From contig JBFWWV010000014.1 of assembly GCA_050245995.1 (NCBI GenBank), positions 73,893 through 137,892 on the forward strand: a stretch of 64,000 bases of DNA, given 5' to 3'. Origin of the DNA: Planctomycetota bacterium (lineage in GTDB: Bacteria > Planctomycetota > UBA1135 > UBA2386). Below are positions 60,801 to 64,000 of the stretch, one piece after another; position 1 is the stretch's first letter, and each line of letters opens with the position of its first letter. The notes below the pieces were generated by a model, which saw only the letters and a program-made list of their open reading frames with translations, did not search any database and had not been told where the DNA came from. Made by a program: the position numbers and the translations under genes.

Positions 60801-63233
60801 CAGGACGCCGCCGGCCGCGACGTGCAGGTCGCCCTGCACGGTCGCCACCGCGGCGCCGATCTGCAGACCGCCGCTCACCGTGGCGCTGGCGCCGAGCGCG
60901 ACCGTCGTGGCGCCCGCGGCCGTGAGCAGGCCGGCCGAGCCGATCGTCAGCGGGCCGCTGACCTGCACGCCGGTCCCGACCGCCGACAGCTGCCCGAGCA
61001 CGTCCAGGCCGCCCTGCACGAGCACGTCCTGCGGCAGCGCCACGCTGGCGCTCGCGGCGACGCGCAGGTCGAACCAGGGGATCGCCGGCATCGTGACCGT
61101 CTGCGCGCCCACCCCGTCGAACTCGACCAGGCCCGAGGCCGGCGCGAACGACGCGTCCGACAGCCAGTTGCCGCCGCAGCGGATCGTCGCCGGCGGCTGC
61201 GTCGTCGGCGCCGACAGCTGGATTCGCACGTCGCGCCCCACGTCGAGCAACCCCGTGGCCACGTCGACCAGGCCCGTGCCCTGCATCGTCGCGTCGCGCT
61301 GCACCTCGCAGGACCGCACCGCCAGCACACCCGAGATCTGCACGAGGTCCTGGCCCACGGTCAGCGCGTCGACCTGGTAGTCGCCGCCGGCGAACCGCAC
61401 GTTCGGGATCGGACTCGTCGGCACGACGTCGACCACGCCGCCGCCGTCGAACACGGCGATCTGGCCGGCCGGCATCGCCAGCGAGCCCGCCACCAGCAGC
61501 GAGCCGGTCAGCACGTGGTTGCCGTTGCCGAGGGTCACGGCGCCGTCGACGTCCGTGTCGCCGTCGACGTCGAGGAACGCCTGCGGCGCCTGCACGGACC
61601 CGCCGACCACGAGGCCGGCGTGCGCGCGGACGCGCAGGCAGTTGGGCGCGGTGACGCTGCCGGACACGAGCATCGGCCCGAAGCACTCGATGTCGCCGCC
61701 GCCGCTCTGCAGCCCACCCTGGACGTCGAGCGTGCCGCTGGTCCGCACCGCCAGCGGGGTCGCCACCTGCGCCGTCGGCGCGATGCGCAGCGAGTTCCAG
61801 GCGAACGCCGGCATGGTCACCGACTTGGGCCCCACGCCGTCGAACACCACCAGGCCCGAGGTCGGCTGGAACGACGCGTTGGCCGTCCACGAGCCGGCGC
61901 AGAACACCACCGACGGCGGCGTGTTGACGACCGCGACCGTCTGCCACACCACGTTGCCGGCCACGTCGAGCAGGCCGCCCGTGAAGTCGCGCACCGAGTT
62001 GCCGCTCAGCGCGCAGTTGCCGTTCACCGCGCAGCGGAACACGTTGAGGTCGCCGGCGCCGACCGCGTGGGTCAGGTCCCCGCCGACGGTGGCGTCGAGG
62101 ATCGTGTAGCTGGAGCCGGTGATGCGGACGGCGGGCAGCACGTTGAAGGGCGCGATCGTGATCGTGCCGCTGCCGTCGAACTCCAGCGTCGCCGACGCGG
62201 GCGCCGCGAAGCCGCCGGCGATGCCGACCGAGTTCGAGAACCGGTGCACGCCCGCGCCCACGCTCAGGAGCCCGGTCACGAAGAACGTGACGTTGCCGTC
62301 GACGTCGGCCACGGCGTTCGGCAGGTCGATGATGCCGGCCGAGGTGACGCCGTTGCGGATGCGCAGCTGGGTCACCGAGTTGCCCCGCAGTTCGGAGCCG
62401 ATCGTGATGCCGGCCGGCTGCGTCAGGTCGACCACCGCGCCGTTGACGCGCAGGTCGTTGCGCATGCGCAGGGCGCCGGCGACCCGGAGGTCGCCGTTGT
62501 GCGTGAGCCCGAACACGTTCTCGATCTCCAGGCCGCTCCACACCGTGCCGGGGGCGACGTTGGCGATCGCGGCGCCGCTGCCGACGAACCACACCGCGCC
62601 GCTGGCGGGCTGCCAGCTGGCGTCGCTGGTCCAGATCGCGCCGAGCCGGATCAGGCTCGGCGGCGCCGTCACGGGCGCGGTGGCCTGCACCGTGACCGAG
62701 CCCTGCGACTCCAGCAGGCTGCCCGGTCCGCCGAGCAGGCCGGCGCCGCGGAAGGTCGCCGCCACCGAGGCGCGGCACGACTGGATGGTGATCGCGGCCG
62801 AGCCCGGCTGCTGGTCCAGCGTCGCCAGCTGCGCGTCCACCGTGTACGGCCCGGCGACGACGCGCACGTTCTCGAGCAGACCCGTGCCGGACGTCGCGAT
62901 CGCGCCCGAGCCGGTGAGCCGCAGTTCGCCGACCACCGAGCCGGCGCAGGCGATGCTGCCCTGGATCGACAGCGGGAAGCCGACCGGCGCCGACAGGCTC
63001 GCGCCGGCCTGCACGGTCAGATTACGGCACGCCGCCGACGGCGCGCCCGTGGTGTCGGGCTGGTTCGCCGCCGGCGCGACGATCGCGTCCGTCAGGACGC
63101 TCGGAACGCCCGCCGACCAGTTGGACGCGTCGTTCCACGCAGTCGACACCCCACCCGTCCATGCGGTCTGGGCGGTGAGGTGCGTGGCGAAGACGGAGAG
63201 GAGAACGAGGACCGGGGGGAGGATCCTGTGCAT
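57864..63233 (-). CDS. Giant (about 1790 aa) secreted beta-solenoid / adhesin-like repeat protein
   Basis: Signal peptide MHRILPP...LTAQ; WTGGVSTAWNDASNWSAGVP cap; Gly/Val-rich beta repeats; five copies of an internal motif. Confidence 0.8.
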   Translation of the reverse strand: MHRILPPVLVLLSVFATHLTAQTAWTGGVSTAWNDASNWSAGVPSVLTDAIVAPAANQPDTTGAPSAACRNLTVQAGASLSAPVGFPLSIQGSIACAGSVVGELRLTGSGAIATSGTGLLENVRVVAGPYTVDAQLATLDQQPGSAAITIQSCRASVAATFRGAGLLGGPGSLLESQGSVTVQATAPVTAPPSLIRLGAIWTSDASWQPASGAVWFVGSGAAIANVAPGTVWSGLEIENVFGLTHNGDLRVAGALRMRNDLRVNGAVVDLTQPAGITIGSELRGNSVTQLRIRNGVTSAGIIDLPNAVADVDGNVTFFVTGLLSVGAGVHRFSNSVGIAGGFAAPASATLEFDGSGTITIAPFNVLPAVRITGSSYTILDATVGGDLTHAVGAGDLNVFRCAVNGNCALSGNSVRDFTGGLLDVAGNVVWQTVAVVNTPPSVVFCAGSWTANASFQPTSGLVVFDGVGPKSVTMPAFAWNSLRIAPTAQVATPLAVRTSGTLDVQGGLQSGGGDIECFGPMLVSGSVTAPNCLRVRAHAGLVVGGSVQAPQAFLDVDGDTDVDGAVTLGNGNHVLTGSLLVAGSLAMPAGQIAVFDGGGVVDVVPTSPIPNVRFAGGDYQVDALTVGQDLVQISGVLAVRSCEVQRDATMQGTGLVDVATGLLDVGRDVRIQLSAPTTQPPATIRCGGNWLSDASFAPASGLVEFDGVGAQTVTMPAIPWFDLRVAASASVALPQDVLVQGGLDVLGQLSAVGTGVQVSGPLTIGSAGLLTAAGATTVALGASATVSGGLQIGAAVATVQGDLHVAAGGVLAAGAGPHQLSSGLDVDGTLVLPPGSAFHFVGTGTIDVQPSIQLPQVTFTNGPYVVTRLVVAGQITQTGGRLQVRSLTGLGNAVFQGLSVDNVGPGVLDVRGNIDFATSNVVVSPPALIRCGANWSSNPQFLPTSGEMEMNGLGPQVLSSPQLRLVSLIVDAGSQVTFGSADVILEQDLLVRGAVTAPSSLLEVRGNLDIGPVGSLAVDSGSVVAVSKSLTNAGAIAPGIGGAGAVRMVGDGAVSGAGLFTGIDIDTVGLVAVQGGVLVASLNLLSGTLSLVAGANLHVQGDLLAATGALRGAAGSVLDVDGDVFLDAVTADPIGVPDLRCGGDYTAGATFAPTNGTVFFDGTGDLKSLTGALSFAQVEVAAGVRSVATDIDATAAAVRVLAPAQLDLGGRALGVAAATIDVQGTLSIGAGGALTLGAAAVMTVPAGGLLRMVGTFDAPATIDGPPGGGYAVLVDGAIEAMNFAFANMGPAGVRIRAAATIAASPRDLRAGTFRDGDPTPGSCLLHLDRAVATQVRYARFEAGAATFNVRSTGAGVVAFVNESGAFAGPTFEDDGGGVIDWLPPERTALVGFSARPAIHRAELAFATDAEVDVARFEVQRATSPGGPWVEIANSPLVPLGSPSTGGAYQATDFNTVDTTRYTYRLQEVLLHGEPRQLGSDFARPWPQQVGNTWFVGTNGGYPDIAAAVAAAGPGGQIVVQAGTYPAFTITKAVRIMPDGSGPVRIDTSLGKLVVRDIPASEFDLALYDLEIGTPTSPFGMEVLNCDNVIVLDGLQVRAALGVTGLLVDDSDRVAIQTCDFAGDPGLRFANGAGSYLSRGAIDELELTGGSIVQQCDVTPGATNVGIGSSLVPVAGGMPDVRFPTAWTGEKPVPFTITTDPSSFYGLLYSLRRDYLDLTVVFPIDMVLLIDHSQAVVLSTGFVPTGSIEVPMVAPGLAQLWGLHLPLQLFELKSTGSGRMSNSRDVVLLP

Positions 63234-63599
63234 GGGAGTTCGGGGCGAACGGCCTTTTCCCTGGACCGATCGCAGTGGGACTTGGGGCTCTCGAGACGGC
63301 AGGGCTTCTACGCGGCGCGACGACGGACGGGTCGAACGATCCTGGGAGGGGTCGTGTCGACTCGCGATGACTCGTCGCGGGCAATCGACCACGTACCGCT
63401 ACGAGGGCCTTCTAGTCGGCGACCGCACGGTGGCATCGCACGAATTCGTAGACGATGCCGACGGCTCTCCTGGTTCCGTTCGTTGCGAAACGCCGCAGCG
63501 CGCGCACGCCGCGGCGTCGATCGTCGTCGCTGCACCGACACCGCGGCCGGCGCGCCGACGTCGCTGCGTCGACGCCCGCGGCGGCGGCGGGTCAGCCGG

Positions 63600-64000
63600 T
63601 CAGCGCTTCGCCAGCGCCACGCCCGTCGCCATGAAGGTCACGGTCCGCAGCGGCTCGGTGACCTTGGCGGCCTCGTCGTACTTGCCGGCGTCCTCGAGGT
63701 AGTGGCGGCGTTCGGCGACCGACTGCTCCTTGATGGCGAGTTCGCCCTCGAGGATCGCATCGCGGCCCTCCGCATCGAGCGGGACGAAGAAGCCGTAGTC
63801 CTTGAACTTGACGAAGACGTTCGGGTCGCCGCCGATGCGCATCCAGCAGCCCTTCGTCTGACACACCGACTGCACCGGCCCCCGCAGGCGGAGCGACTTG
63901 CCGACGAAGTCCTGCGGCGCGGCCAGCACGCGCTCGACCGGCACCGCGTCGGCGGAGTCGACGCCGGCGCCGAACTGGTCGAACTTCTGCGGGTCGAAGG
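63600..64000 (-). CDS. DUF4920-like protein, 5' end outside the window
   Basis: VCQTKGCWM, VKFKDYGFFVP, RHYLEDAG, ATGV. Confidence 0.85.
   Translation of the reverse strand, partial: FDPQKFDQFGAGVDSADAVPVERVLAAPQDFVGKSLRLRGPVQSVCQTKGCWMRIGGDPNVFVKFKDYGFFVPLDAEGRDAILEGELAIKEQSVAERRHYLEDAGKYDEAAKVTEPLRTVTFMATGVALAKR

Overview
Very GC-rich bacterial chromosomal segment, probably Planctomycetota (inferred from planctomycete-type cytochrome c domains and the secreted FG-GAP/kelch proteins). Housekeeping content: an arginine biosynthesis cluster in three pieces (argR-C-B-D-F, argG-H-A, argJ) with two tandem ARG-box operators, aceB-aceA, larE, psd, trmO, an Lhr helicase, two M28 peptidases and an orphan adenine methyltransferase. 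Main candidates for novelty: (1) a five-gene porin-cytochrome operon with an 18-heme MtrA/DmsE-like protein (4+4+10 modules), an MtrB/PioB-like porin carrying its own N-terminal triheme domain, a diheme lipoprotein and a HEAT-ChaN-like protein; (2) a selenoprotein hidden as two ORFs (U-x-x-C peroxiredoxin-like, with a SECIS-like hairpin); (3) a copper radical oxidase whose start codon is separated from its signal peptide by an out-of-frame (AGGGA)5 repeat, a possible phase-variation switch; (4) a similar C-terminal domain on three unrelated secreted proteins. No rRNA, tRNA or CRISPR array was seen. All family calls are by motif recognition, not database search.
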